Notes: a model not told the origin generated them from the letters alone. A stretch of 57,206 bases of DNA, filler included, from Dugesia japonica (GCA_001938525.1; 4 parts of 4 records of this genome joined end to end with filler, not necessarily neighbours in it), one strand, 5' to 3'. Shown: positions 1 through 12,545, counted from the whole stretch's first letter. Translations and numbers: made by a program.

Positions 1-175
1 GTAACAGTAAACATTCGTCTCAAATAAGTAAAAGAAAACATGAAAAAACATGAAGAATTACTAATTAAAGATTAAAATTCTAAAATCGATGTAATTTATA
101 ATAATTAAATAATTTAATTTTAAAAAAATTTAAAATTAACCAATATAAAATCTAGTAAANNNNNNNNNNNNNNNA

Positions 176-340
176 GAAAATTACTATTGTAAAAATAAAT
201 ATTGAATGAATCAAAAAGTCAATTCCTGACGAAGACAAAGTCGAAATATAGAATTATTATCAAAAACCAAAAAAAAATTTTGATCGAAGCTTTTATTTTA
301 AATGAACTAAGTAAAAGAACTTTAACTCTCGACATACACA
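176..340 (+). mobile_element. Penelope-like pseudo-LTR / hammerhead-bearing short dispersed repeat
   Basis: Contains the hammerhead followed by TTTGATCGAAGCTTTTATTTTAAATGAA. The same motif recurs at 5008-5043 (-), 5067-5102, 9868-9894, 13722-13747 and about 47805-47835. Confidence 0.6.
221..255 (+). ncRNA. Minimal type I hammerhead ribozyme, Penelope-like element type (copy 1)
   Basis: AATTC (stem I)-CTGACGA-A-GAC aaa GTC (stem II)-GAAA-TATA-GAATT (stem I'). The CUGANGA/GAAA core is intact, stem III is vestigial and there is an extra A after A9, as in PLE hammerheads. Confidence 0.8.
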
Positions 341-794
341 AATCTAGTATAAATACTAACTCAAAATTAAAACTGATTGATTTCCATTTTATTCTGTTTC
401 ATTAAACAGAAGCAGAAATCTTTTCAATTCAATTATTTGGTTTGTTAATTCAATTAAGTTACTTTAAATTAATCTTAATCGGTTTNTTACTTTAAAATCT
501 AAGCGTTATTAGATGTTAATATTTAAGTCTTGTTCCTAAATTTGATTGATATTAATTCTAATCAAACAAATGTATACCATTATTTTGGAATATAAATGTC
601 CAAAAACAATCATAATTTTTTTGAAAAATCAGTTAATTTAAACAAAAAAATCATTAATTTCACTTAATTTAAGTAAGAAATTGAATTTTTGGTGATTGTG
701 TAATGATTACATAATTTCTCAATTATATAAAATCGATTATGTCATATTTATACATTGATTACGGGATAAAATGTATTTATTTCTGAAACATTAG

Positions 795-1228
795 ATTATT
801 ATTAAGTCATTGGCTAAACGCAATCTGATTGGCTGGCATGGGAGAGTTATTTGTTTCAGTTCTGCCCTACCTATCATTAACGAATTAAATTTAAATAGAG
901 TTATACGACCTCTGTTATAAATCACAACATAATTTTCTAGGAAAATATAATATTTATTTTTTAGTTAATATATTTTATATTTTTAAGAAATGTGAAAAAG
1001 AATGTCAGCAATTATCGTGTTTCTATGAATTTCGCCATTCAATTAAATCAGAAGCTCATTTCGTAAATATTGAAGAGATTGGAATCCTCACCAATGATGG
1101 TTCACCAAATCTAGTATTATGGCGAAATCGTGACTACGTTTTTAATAAATTAATTAAAATTTTACAAAATTAAAAATGAATTATTTTGTTAAATTTTAGC
1201 TCATACGGAAATATTTTCTATAAAATAA
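795..1228 (+). CDS. 3' part of a spliced gene of unknown product (exons 795-899, 988-1129, 1200-1228)
   Basis: Phase-compatible GT-AG introns give IIIKSLAKRNLIGWHGRVICFSSALPIINELNLNR|KCEKECQQLSCFYEFRHSIKSEAHFVNIEEIGILTNDGSPNLVLWRN|PHTEIFSIK*. GC content is higher than the flanks. No family recognised. Confidence 0.5.
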
Positions 1229-2749
1229 ACGATTTTTCTTAATGAATCCATGAAAGTATTAGTTAAAGTGTTCAGATCGTTTACTGATTTTAAGTAACCG
1301 AAATCAACAATTGCGTGAATTTGAGTTATAAAAATTATAGAGTTATAAAAAGTTTCTTATACCTTAAATTACCGTAAATGTAAATATTAGATATCAAATT
1401 ATAAATATTTTAAAGCATCCTTTGTGTTAAAAAATAAAATAATTACTTTAAAATTATTTATTAACTAATGACAATTTTTATAGGCGTTATTAATTTAAAT
1501 TGCAGTATTTGATCAACAGATGACCAAGACGGTAAAGCAATTAAAATGGGTGAAAAATAATGAATTCATTTCATTATTTATGGTTGACTAAAAACCGCAA
1601 CAAAATCATTTAAAAATTTCGTTACAAAATATTTTCAATATCATAATTGACAACATTGTACAAAATTTATAATTTCATTTAAACCATAAAGCTTTTTTCA
1701 AATATTAATGTTTAAGATAAAATATTTTGATAGAATTAAATATTTTATTTCTAAAATTATAAAATCTGAAATTAATATTAGAGAATTTATTAAATTTGAT
1801 GTTTGTTTATCTGTGCTAATTGATTAGTTGAATAAGTCAAACTATTGTATGAATTACCAAAATAAAATATTAATTAAAATTGTTATGATATTACTCATTA
1901 ATTACGCACGNAATTATAATAAAATTATATTAATATGTATGAATGTTATTTTANAATATATGTTAGTATTTTTCTAATAATTTATACACTCAAATCAATA
2001 AAATGATCATATATAAAAGCAATACGGTTAGCATAAAAAAGTATTGTTATAAAAATGTTAATTTGAATCAGATCATGAGATAAATTAATGTCGTTTGAAT
2101 TTGGATTGAATTGCATTTTGAGCTGGACCAGGATATATATTTGTTGTAAATAATAAATTGCCAATTCCAAATAGTTTATGATAAATTTGCTAGCATTTCC
2201 TTGTATCAGAAATTGAATACTAACAAAATTGTCATCAAATATTCATAAAGTATNATGTTCCACATTAAATAAAACACTAACTGGTAAATGATCACTTAAA
2301 CTTTTATTCTAAGCTGTCTCGCTTAACTACGATATAATGAATTCTTAATAATAAAAAAGAGGAGGCAAAAACATAAATTTAGTGACTATCCAACGTCCAT
2401 TATTACCACCTTATCAACAACCACTTTCGCCCAAATATTTATAAATAACTAATACTTCTCGAACAATCAATTTTTAAAGCAATCAACTAAGTTAAAAAAA
2501 ATTAAAACAAGTATTGTCGCGTGCCAAAGGTTCGTGGTCAGCACAAATCTGTACAAAAGAATTATTTTATCACAAGTTGTCACATTTATTACATTAATCA
2601 AAGTATAATTAATTAATTAATTCAAATTATAAATCATACCAATAAAATTATCAGGAATTCAATTCAATTGATTCTGTTACAAAATATTACATCAAAAACT
2701 TACTAAAACACATTGTGATTTTATAAATAATCAATTTTAAAAAAAAATT

Positions 2750-3260
2750 CAGGATTGCATTATTCTAATGAAAACTGCAAATCATACGTGAACATATTCG
2801 TTTCAATGGTGATCATGCGGAGCATCATAATACTAACAGTTCAGCAATTTCAAAACATCGGTGCATTTGATAGATGAATGTTTACTAATATCTTCTCTTA
2901 CTAGTTTTGCTCCAGTCAGTTTTCAAAACTTTTCACTACTAGAAAAACTGATTAAAACTGAAATTGCAGTGGTTATTTACAAATTTTCTACACCACTCTC
3001 CGCACAGTTGATTCTCATATGTTAATTTTTTCACCTATGCTACCGACTAATTATTGAAAATTAGTTTTTTAAGTCAACATATATTTTCTTAGTTGTCAGC
3101 TAATAATTTATTTTCAATATTAAAGTTGTCTTAAACCTCAAAGATTTCGCTAAACTATGTTTTGGGTAACCAATATAATTTCTGCAATTACATGCTGACA
3201 TATTTTGTCGAATTGCTGTTTAGTTTTCTGAATTGACCAATCAGTAATTCACACTTGTTT
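2750..3260 (-). pseudogene. Possible highly decayed PIF/Harbinger transposase
   Basis: Scattered fragments TKQQFDKICQHV, ESTVRRVV*KIC and APHDHH..EYV lie in the expected order. Many stops and frameshifts. Confidence 0.25.
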
Positions 3261-4353
3261 TGCATTCCGCTTGGGCTTCCATTGTATCATTGATGTTTTT
3301 CTACTACATTTGTGCATTTTTATTTCATTTTATATTGTAATAATTCGTTGGATTTTATAAAAAAAACATCAAAATTTATTAAAAAATCTGATACATATTT
3401 CATGTTTTTTTTAATTGATTTAATAACAAGGATATTAATTTTTATTGAATAAATATATAAGATTGAAAAAATAATTAATTAATCCAAATCGAAGACCAAT
3501 AATCACTTTGTGTTCTTTTCACTCCAGAATAGTGAAAAAATGAATTCATAGAATTATACTTCAAAACTGATTCAACTCCGAATTCTTTAATTCACTCTTC
3601 TCACTTTGATTTTGTTCATAAAATTTAAAGGTTAGGTTGACTTTTTTGCTCGTTTCTATTTCTCCAACTTTTACTCTTTTTTTATAGCAATTATTATTTA
3701 TTTTAATTCAATCTCTTTAAATAAATTGTCTTCAAATAAATCTTCTTGTTAAAATATCTTTTCAAAATCTCTTTAAAATCCCTTTATTAGATTCTCATAA
3801 AATTATTTTGAAATTTCTAATAATTATTTTATGATCTCTCTCTCTCCTATATATCACTGAGTTTTCTTTATATAGATTTTCTTCTGGCGTCTGATTTTTT
3901 ACACTGCTGATTTATAATTAATCCTGGTAATTTCAGCTATTTAATTAAATAATTAATTTAATTAATTTAATCTTTTGGAATTCTACGTCAATTTAGGTTT
4001 CAATCTACTTCTATCTTTGCTGGTCTTAAATTCCTGATCTACTGCTAACACTGGTCGCTTCTTCCTGTTATTTGTTTTCGCCGCTTTGTTCTTTAAACTA
4101 CAACAACGAAGTCTTGATTCAACACCTTTGCGCTGCTCTACCGGACTAATTGTTCTACTCAAACACAATTTTTATTTGAGTTTAATTTTATGTTTTTACG
4201 GACCATTAATCTATTACTAACCAAATAGTTAAAAATGAAAATTAAATTTAAATTCATTAAATAACGTATTTTATATTNTATTGGGTTGAGTATTGAGCNT
4301 ATTCGTATTTTTCAAAAAAACTTCAAAGTCAATCTTTGTAATTATAAAACATT

Positions 4354-4690
4354 TCATTCAACAATATATGCACTATTTAACTCAGCGACATTTCGCCATT
4401 TATCTAGTAATTTGAAAATTTCGTTCTTCTAGAATTTCTGTTTTTTAAGCGATAAACTCCTTCAGGTGTTTTCGGCCAGCTTCTAAAAAAATGAAATATT
4501 TTCCACTAATATATTTCTGTAATTACCTGAATAAATGAAAATCAGATGGTGCTAGATCCGGTGTGTATGCTGAGTGAGGTAAAACATCCCAGCCAAATTG
4601 CAATAACTTTGCTTTTATACATGTGGTCTCCCGTTATCTTGTTAAACAATATTTATTGCTCAATTCCAGTTGCTTTTCATGAGCAGCTCT
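4354..4690 (-). mobile_element. mariner transposase C-terminal remnant
   Basis: QDNGRPHV..KLLQFGWDVLPHSAYTPDLAPSDFHLFR*LQKYISGK...LLDKWRNVAELNSAYIVE*, containing the YSPDLAPSD motif. Stops and frameshifts present. Confidence 0.9.
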
Positions 4691-5007
4691 CAATGAACCC
4701 TTTCAGGGAAAGAAACTGCTCAGCCTCTAATGGTGCATTATGGTACGTAAATAAAACATTTCTACTGGAATAATTTTAATCAGTGGTATTTCACAGAAAA
4801 ACCCCAGCTCATAATCTATATTTATAGTGTACTATAAATACAAAATAATCATTTTAAAAATGTGGAAAGCCACAAAACACGGGTTTTAGATTTTTTTTTA
4901 ATTCTCGAGAAACCCTGGAGCAAATCCATATTTACAAGAAAATGTTTTTTTTCAACATGTTTAAATTTAAAATTATATTTATTAAGTAATTCAAACTTAG
5001 TTTTGAA

Positions 5008-5102
5008 TTTCATTAATATAAAAGCTTCGATCAAATTATTTTTACTCTTGATATTATTTCAAAAACAAAAATAATTTGATCGAAGTTTTTATTTGAATGA
5101 AT
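5008..5102. repeat. Inverted pair of Penelope-like pLTR ends (36-bp arms, 23-bp spacer)
   Basis: 5008-5043 is the near reverse complement of 5067-5102 (AAAAATAATTTGATCGAAG(C/T)TTTTAT..AATGAA). Confidence 0.75.
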
Positions 5103-5608
5103 TCTGAAAAACGATCCGTAGTTATGTCCAATAATTATTCTCGCAATAATTGTAATTGTAAAATTAGTTTTAAATTTAATATTTAAATTTTTTCTTACCC
5201 GTTTTGATGATAATTTAATTATCATAATTGCTAATCCATCATTGTTAATGCCACAATAATTCAGAAAATAATAACTTTATGATACTCGAATTTTAAAAAA
5301 AATCAATAAATGATATTATCAATTCAAATCAATGATAATAATAATATAGTTTGAAGCTGGTTTGTTTTGAATAACAGTAGCAAAACTTTGATAAATTGTT
5401 CGTATGTCTACACAACTATTATAATAGTAATGAATTTTGTTGTACAGGTTGTCAAGAATAAGAAGAATAAACAATGGATAGTGTGTACTAGAAAGCTAAT
5501 GTATTGTTAAATGATAATTGGTTTGTTTGTATTCATTAAAAAAGAAAATTTTTCACGAACAGCGAATTGTATAATTTTAATCAATTTTATTCCAAATTAA
5601 ATTCCAAA

Positions 5609-8600
5609 ATGTCATGGCAAAGCGTTTCTATTCCAGATCATATTAAATTTGCTATTGGTGGCTCGTCAGGGTAGAATTTGATGTTTATATAATATATTAA
5701 TGAGTCAACTGAATATTTTAATGTTTAAAGAATACTAACAACTCTTATTGTGCAACCTCTAGATTTTGTTAAAACTCGAATGCAAGTCAGCGGTTAATGA
5801 ATTTGATTAGAGTTTGTAAAAATTACTTTACTATTAATAGGCCAAGATGGTCATCGGAAATTTTATTCCAATAGTTGTGATGCAATCAAACAAATAACCA
5901 AAAATGAAGGAATTTTATCAATATATTCCGGGTAAAATATTTATTTAATAAATAATTTTATTAAGATTTCACTGAAATGAATATATTAAAATTAATATTA
6001 AAAATGAAAATTAATAATATTTGTATAATTTTAATTTTAACATAAAAAACTGTTTTTTTATAATATGATATTATATAATATTGGTAATATTAAAAAAAGC
6101 GAATGCTCAAAAAGAATAATTAATATTCCAATTCATTTGTAATTAATAGGGTAACCCAATGCAACTTATTGCAAATATTATGCAACATTTTTAAATAAGT
6201 GCATTTTTTATTATTTTATTTGTTTTAATTTTACCCATATGACATCTAATTCAAACTCAATCGCCAGAAACCAAGCAAAATATGTGAAACAATGTAAAAA
6301 AGAATATATTATGGGAGTAAATGGAAGTTTATCTTGCATTCTTTGTAATAAAAATGCAATAAGCTTTTATACTTGCACCTGTTGGATTGCCCTAGTAATT
6401 AATAACAATTTCGAAAGATTTTAAAATTGTATTGATTGATAGAATACTTATTGAAATAAGAAGCACTTAAACAAAAGTGAAATTATTTCAATTATATTAC
6501 TTAAATTAAAAATAAATTCTAGTCATAGTTAAAGTTTAAAACATTGATTTTAATAATAAACCATTAAAAATAAACCATTATTCTTTTATCTTGCTTCACT
6601 GTTCTTGTCATATATGATTCGGAATAACTCTCATTTGGAAGCTTTCATACGCGTTTTGAGTGCTGAAAGTGTAACCTGTACAAAAATTCATCAGACCATA
6701 TTAACTTTTTCCATTCTTCTAACTCCAACTTAAATGCTCTTTTGCCTATGCCAAATGTTCATTCTTATTAAACACTGACACTAACGGTTTTCACACCTAT
6801 AATGGGAATAACCAGCTTCGTGTAATCTGTTGTGGATAGTTTGTGGTGAGATATTCACATTTAGATTTCTTTTGATTTGTTTCGCCTAAATAATCCGACC
6901 ACTTATTGCGACAGACACAATATTTTGATCTTCAGTATTGGTCGTTTTACTTTGATTTCCAGTAAATTTTACGTTCGCAATTTCCAGTTGCTTTGTAATC
7001 TTTAAGAAAGGTAGCGACTGTCGATTAAGCTTTCTCCATTTTCTTTATTATTTCTCTCCCAGATAATCCGAAATTTGAATATACTACAATCTGTCCTTTT
7101 CAAAATTAGTTAGCTTTACCATTGATATAAATGCACCATCTATACTATTTATATTTACGGAAAACAATACAAAACAAATACTTGTTCAGTTTATTTGATT
7201 TAATCGATTTCACAGCTAATCTATATGAAATTTTAAGTGATAGAATTTTTATTAAATGGTTTCAAGTAATTTGTCTTATTTGGATAATAAATGGATCTTT
7301 TTTTGTATATACACCCCACTTTTTACACGGTAGANACGATCCAATAAAATTCATGTAAAAAACGATACAATAATAGTAAAATTGAAGAGGCGTTCCTCAA
7401 CTTTAAAAAGTAGTGTAAGATTAAAAAAGAGACGGTATGTAATCGACGAGATCGTGAAAAAAATCATGAAAAAATCGACTAATTACATCGTCAACTTTGT
7501 ATCCTTAATAAAGTGCTAATTTTACATTCTGCAAAACATTATCTTAATTATGAAAAAATATAAAATTAAATGAAACGTTTATTGATGATAGTGAGAATTG
7601 GCGTATGTGTTTACAACCGATTGTTTACAAAAGTCGGGTTCTTCACCGAAAATGTTTGGAAATAAAGAAAATTGTTAGATGAGTTTGGAGTACTCGTCGG
7701 ATCATTAATATCAAAACTCGATTCCATAGCAAAATTTATTCACAAACAAAACTATAACATCATTATTTGTTTATTCAAACAAATTAAAACCCATGCTTCA
7801 ATTGGAAATTATTTTCTAATAAATTTAATATTTTAGATTAAATGTTTATTTAAAATAATTCCAAAATTTAAAGAAAATAATTATCTGTTATCAAAATCTC
7901 ATTTAAAATTTTCACAAAATTTCAAAGCAAACAATGATTTGTTATTAAAATATTTATTTTTAATTTTCAAAATTTTAAAACAAAATTGTAGTTTCTAAAA
8001 ATCTACAATAAATTGTGTATAAAAATATTTGAATTAATCTTTAACTACTCATAATTTTTGTATCAAAACTTTAATTTAATTTACTTTAATTTCTTGATTA
8101 ATTTGTGGCTTTCAATTTTTAAATAAAAGATTTTTAAAAAAATAATTTCCAATCAAAGAACAAAAATTTCAACTCGCTTTTCAAAACATACTCACAAAAA
8201 TTATTTTGGATTTCATTTTTAAATGTTTCAGTTATGATTTTTTATAGATTATTTTAAACTATTTTTTACTTAGCAACGCAAATACTAGCTAGCTACATTT
8301 CTAGCTACTAGATTTTCTGGAGAATTTCTATGAAATTTTGATAATGAAATTTATTGCTTCATTCGAAATATTTTAGCTTATAATTTTATTTTTAAGTTTT
8401 TTTTTAGTCCATTGGTAAAATTTTTTTTTAAAAAATACATTTGGTTTATTTATTCCATTACTTTGAATTGATTAATTCATTAAAATGCTTATTAAGTTTT
8501 CTTATCAATTTACAAAATTGATTACATCGTGATATTTAAATTTGATTGGTTGCAAGTCAGTTTATATTGATTTTATATAAATAGAATTATATTAACTGAA

Positions 8601-11424
8601 CAATAATAATTAAAGTAGAATATTAATTGAAAATTTTAACATGAAATTCATGTGTGAGTTATTATAAAAATTTAAAATTATTAAACCAAAACATTGGTTT
8701 AATCCTTTCATAGTCACTTTTAAATAATTACTTATTTACCTTTTTATGTGATATTCTAGAACTTTAAAATAAGCTAGATAAGTGGTCCCGAAACCTTTTT
8801 CGATCACGGACCCGTCAGCGTTCAAAATTTTTTTGTCGTGGACCACTAAGATTTTTTTTATATTAATTTATTGATAAACTTAATTTAAACCTTTTCTTTA
8901 TCAAATGACAAAAATGAATTTTTTTAAGCTATTTTATTAATTAATGAGAACCTTGTGCTTGTTTATCTTCAACTAGACGATTCTATCTGGTGATAATAGG
9001 AGATAATGAAACACAAAGTGCACTACTTTTTTTCAACCTTTGTATATTCGCGGGAAGACTGTAGGTGAATTTCTCAAAAGTATATAAATGAATTAAATTG
9101 AAATGTCCGTGTGGACCGGTGAAACTTTCTCCATGGACCAGGGGTTTGGGACCTTGGAGCTAGATGGTTTATCAGTTGCAGACCACCCTGTAATCAAAGA
9201 AGGCTCGTCGAAAAAAATACATTTGCAGAATTTTTTCGAATTAAATTTTATTTATGCATCATTATATTTTTACAAAAAAAATAATAAAAAGATACATAAT
9301 ACGGTCAATGTGGCATACAAATGAAGTCTACTAAAAAGTGTCCACCAACCGCAGCCTTTTAGACACCTCATTTTTGTCTTATTCGTTTGTTTAACTGAGG
9401 AAAGTCGAGATTGGTGCTTTTCAGGTGTTTCCAGTTCGCATCGGATTGATTGATTCTCTGCATGTTTTTGCCTTTTTAGTTTGCAGATCCTCAATATTTT
9501 CATTTTATTTTGGAGTTGTCGATAACATTTTTGTAGCTAATGGTGGAGACGGTTTTTACGTTGTTCAGGAGTGTTGGAGTCCATTTTGTCAACTGAAACA
9601 TTGACAATATTATCTATTTTACAAACAATTTTTCTTTGTTCATTTTATTATTATTTTTAAAATTTGTCGATTTTCTGTGCTCGTTTTTAAAATTATCCGC
9701 TTTCATAAATTTTTCTTGTTCCTTTTTTATATGACTTCATTGAAAGTTTTAAAATTATCATTATTGAAGTTGGCCATTTTTGTATTCTTTTCTTGGTCAT
9801 TTTCTGAATTATGAAGGAGACAATGGTTGAAAATTCGAATATCTACCAAAAAAGAAATAAAACAACATTTTGATCGAAGTTATTACTTTAATGATATTTT
9901 GTGGTGAATAAATAAATCCTTAATTATCTCGGGGTAGCCGATTTACGAATGGACTGCAAATTTGTTGGCAAAATATCTAGGAAAGTAATCCCTTCACAGA
10001 CTCCACTTTGAAAACCACTGGTCTAAATACACTGTCATTGGTGATTTTTTCTCAATACTTAATGACGCAACTCTTTGATCAAGAATCATCTGATTTTCGA
10101 TTACAGATGATATTTAATTTCTTCTAGAAAAGGATTTTTTCAAAAGCATCAAAAACTACTCATAAAGCTTAATTTTTATGGATGGTATCAATTTTCCAAA
10201 AAATACGGAAAGAACAGAGCGTAATGAATTTATTGAATTAAAATAAATATTAAGAAATTAAAATTTACAATTAAATTTAAACAAGATGGTGGCACGAATA
10301 GAGATTGTTCAGTCGAATGGATTTTGTTCATCAGTTAACTTGAATATTAACTAATCAGAAGTGTCCATTGTAGTAAACAAATTGCATGAGAGGATTAAGT
10401 AAAATTTCAGTTTAGTTTTAAAAGATAGAATTTATTGATTGAATGAATATTCTGTATGAGTAAGTGAATATATAAATAAAAAAAAGAATGCATCAGCTAG
10501 TAAAATATGGAACAACGACACTGGTATACCTTTTCTTTCAAAGTATAAGCTTTTTACCCAGTTGTATTATTCTTAACTCTCTAATCTTTGTAAAGTTATT
10601 AGTTATTACAAGTTCTCACGGATATTCCGCTGCACCCGTGTTGACACCAGATCTACTAGAAACGCATCAAAAAAGGATTTCACTATATCACTGATTTTGG
10701 AATAAGTTATAAGTTATAAAACATCTTAATAAAATAATTCATTAACGAATAGGTGTTTTTTACTGTATTTAATTTCACTCAAAGCTCATTTAGTTTTATA
10801 AATTTGCAACTCACTACGAGTGTTTATAAATACATTTGCTTTATCTATACGCTTTATTTAATTATATTGAATTTCAAATAAATCCCAATAAGAATGATTT
10901 ATGCCTAAATTTCTCTATGAATTAAATCTTCATTGTTTTATCAATTTCAGTTTGACAGCAGCCTTATTTCGACAAGCCACTTATACAACTGTTAGACTGG
11001 GCATTTATATGTCGTTGTATGAGAAATATTCAACCAAAAACCACCAACCAGATTTATCAATAAAACTTTTTGTTGCAATGATAGCCGGTTTGATTGGATC
11101 ATTAGTTGGTACCCCTTCGGAAATAGCTTTAGTCAGAATGACTGCTGACGGAATGTTATCGAAATGATATAATTATATGATAATTACGTTATTCATTTTT
11201 AGATTACCTTCGGATCAAAAAAGAAATTATAGAAATGTTTTTCATGCACTTGCTTGTATTATTGAAGAAGATGGATTTTTTGGCTTATGGAAAGTAATAA
11301 ATTAAAAATCAAAACATTTCATTTTAGTCTTAGTCAGTCTTACCAACCATGTGCAGGGGAATCATCGTAAATCTTATTCAATTAGCATCATATTCCCAAA
11401 CTAAGCAAGGACTCATTGAAATCG
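5609..11424 (+). CDS. SLC25A11: Mitochondrial 2-oxoglutarate/malate carrier, 3'-partial; exons 5609-5670, 5731-5792, 5841-5931, 10951-11154, 11203-11293, 11334-11424
   Basis: The spliced translation (200 aa) includes KFAIGGSSGILTTLIVQPLDFVKTRMQVSG, EGILSIYSGLTAALFRQATYTTVRLGIY, GTPSEIALVRMTADGILPSDQKRNYRNVFHAL and LPTMCRGIIVNLIQLASYSQTKQ, diagnostic of the oxoglutarate carrier. All introns are GT-AG and in phase. The third carrier repeat was not found in the window. Confidence 0.93.
6147..6394 (+). mobile_element. hAT non-autonomous element (248 bp) in SLC25A11 intron 3
   Basis: TIRs TAGGGTAACCCAA / TTGGATTGCCCTA and a perfect 8-bp TSD GTAATTAA (6139-6146, 6395-6402). Retains a short ORF start with CxxC (LSCILCNK). 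Confidence 0.85.
6600..7122 (-). mobile_element. Tc1-family transposase remnant
   Basis: MVKLTNFEK...STVATFLKDYKATGN...KTTNTEDQNI...NISPQTIHNRLHEAG...EEWKKLIWSDE, i.e. paired-like HTH, second HTH and first catalytic D. Frameshifted. Confidence 0.88.
7672..7822 (+). repeat. Dispersed repeat (other copies about 33488-33600, 35165-35308, 35597-35740)
   Basis: Shared TGTTAGATGAGTTTGG...GGATCATTAATATCAAAACTCGATTCCATAGCAAAAT. The 7.7-kb and 35-kb copies also share CATGCTTCAATTGG.AATTATTTTCT. Confidence 0.75.
8780..9157. mobile_element. hAT (Charlie-type) MITE
   Basis: Imperfect TIRs AAGTGGTCCCGAAACC / GGTTTGGGACCTTGG and a perfect 8-bp TSD AGCTAGAT (8772-8779, 9158-9165). Confidence 0.85.
9806..9894 (+). 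mobile_element. Decayed copy of the hammerhead-bearing repeat
   Basis: AATTATGAAGGAGACAATGGTTGAAAATTCGAAT (eroded core) followed by TTTGATCGAAGTTATTACTTTAATGA. Confidence 0.5.
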
Positions 11425-11519
11425 GTAAACTTTTAATTTATTTCGAATGTGATATGACCTTTTGAAAAATGTTTGATTTGTTTGGGTCTTGGATTAGATT
11501 TCCATATAATACTTGTGTT

Positions 11520-11748
11520 CAGAGCCGTTGCTAGGTGGGTTCAGCGCGTTCGTCGTAGCCCGGCCTCGCGTTTATAGAGGCTCTGNNNNNNNNNNNNNNN
11601 NNNNNNNNNNNNNNNNNNNNNNNNNNNNNNNGGCCAAGAACGACTCAGTTCTTTGGCAATTTTGTCAATAGAAAATAAATTAGCAAATTCTATAAGTTTT
11701 GAAAATATTTTAAAAGATTTTATCGCCAAGAAGGTGAGAAAATGTTAA
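11520..11748 (+). mobile_element. hAT (Tip100/ZMYM1-like) element: left terminus and transposase C-terminus
   Basis: GC-rich start CAGAGCCGTTGCTAGG. 11632-11748 encodes GQERLSSLAILSIENKLANSISFENILKDFIAKKVRKC*, the end of the hAT dimerisation region. Confidence 0.85.
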
Positions 11749-12545
11749 CACTTGTTTTGGGAACTAAACTAACAATATTTTTATTTGATGTATAAATAAG
11801 ACTTTTAATTAACATTTTTTGTACTATTTATTTTTGTGTTTTTATTATTATTTTGTATGTTTTTGTATTATTTAATTAATTATATTTTGAATATTTTTTA
11901 AATGTGAATTTGTTGCTATGAATATTTTATTATGGTTTCATAATTGCAAATATCTTATTATTTTATTATGAAAATTTATTTTGAACTCTCGCGCGCGCTC
12001 TGCTTATGTTCATGTAAGTTAAATTCAAAAAGTATTTCTAAAAATAAATAAATGAAAACTTGAACACAACGAGATTGGGGAATTTCTAAAACTTTTTTTT
12101 GGGTGAAATTTAAAAATCTAAAAATTATGTTTTAGAAAATAACGTTTGTAGTAGAAATCTATTTGAAAGTATTTTAGTAAACAACAATTGGATTTGATAT
12201 TTTCTTTTGAACACTGAATAATTTATCAGTGATGTGAGGAAATGTATGTTTCTTAAATGTTTTAAGTGCTTTTATTTTTTATGAATGTGTAATTGATGGA
12301 AGCTTNNNNNNNNNNNNNNNNNNNNNNNNNNNNNNNNNNNNNNNNNNNNNNNNNNNNNNNNNNNNNNNGATTTTTAAAATACGAAGTAAAATTGTATTCT
12401 TTAGGAACTTTATTCATTTTTGGTAGAAATCAATAAGTAAGGCTTACATTTTTTTTATCAATTACTAATTATATAAAAAATAGTATTTTGTTGTAATTAT
12501 TTTTTAGATAAAACATCTGTAACATTTTATTATAATATTTTGTAA

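Noticed and set aside
2260-2330. SDHLPV motif on the minus strand suggesting a LINE endonuclease
   Set aside because: A single short motif with no supporting upstream endonuclease motifs or RT.
4546-4773. 75-aa plus-strand ORF
   Set aside because: Antisense shadow of the mariner remnant.
10901-11167. 88-aa ORF as a standalone gene
   Set aside because: It is exon 4 of SLC25A11 plus intronic read-through.
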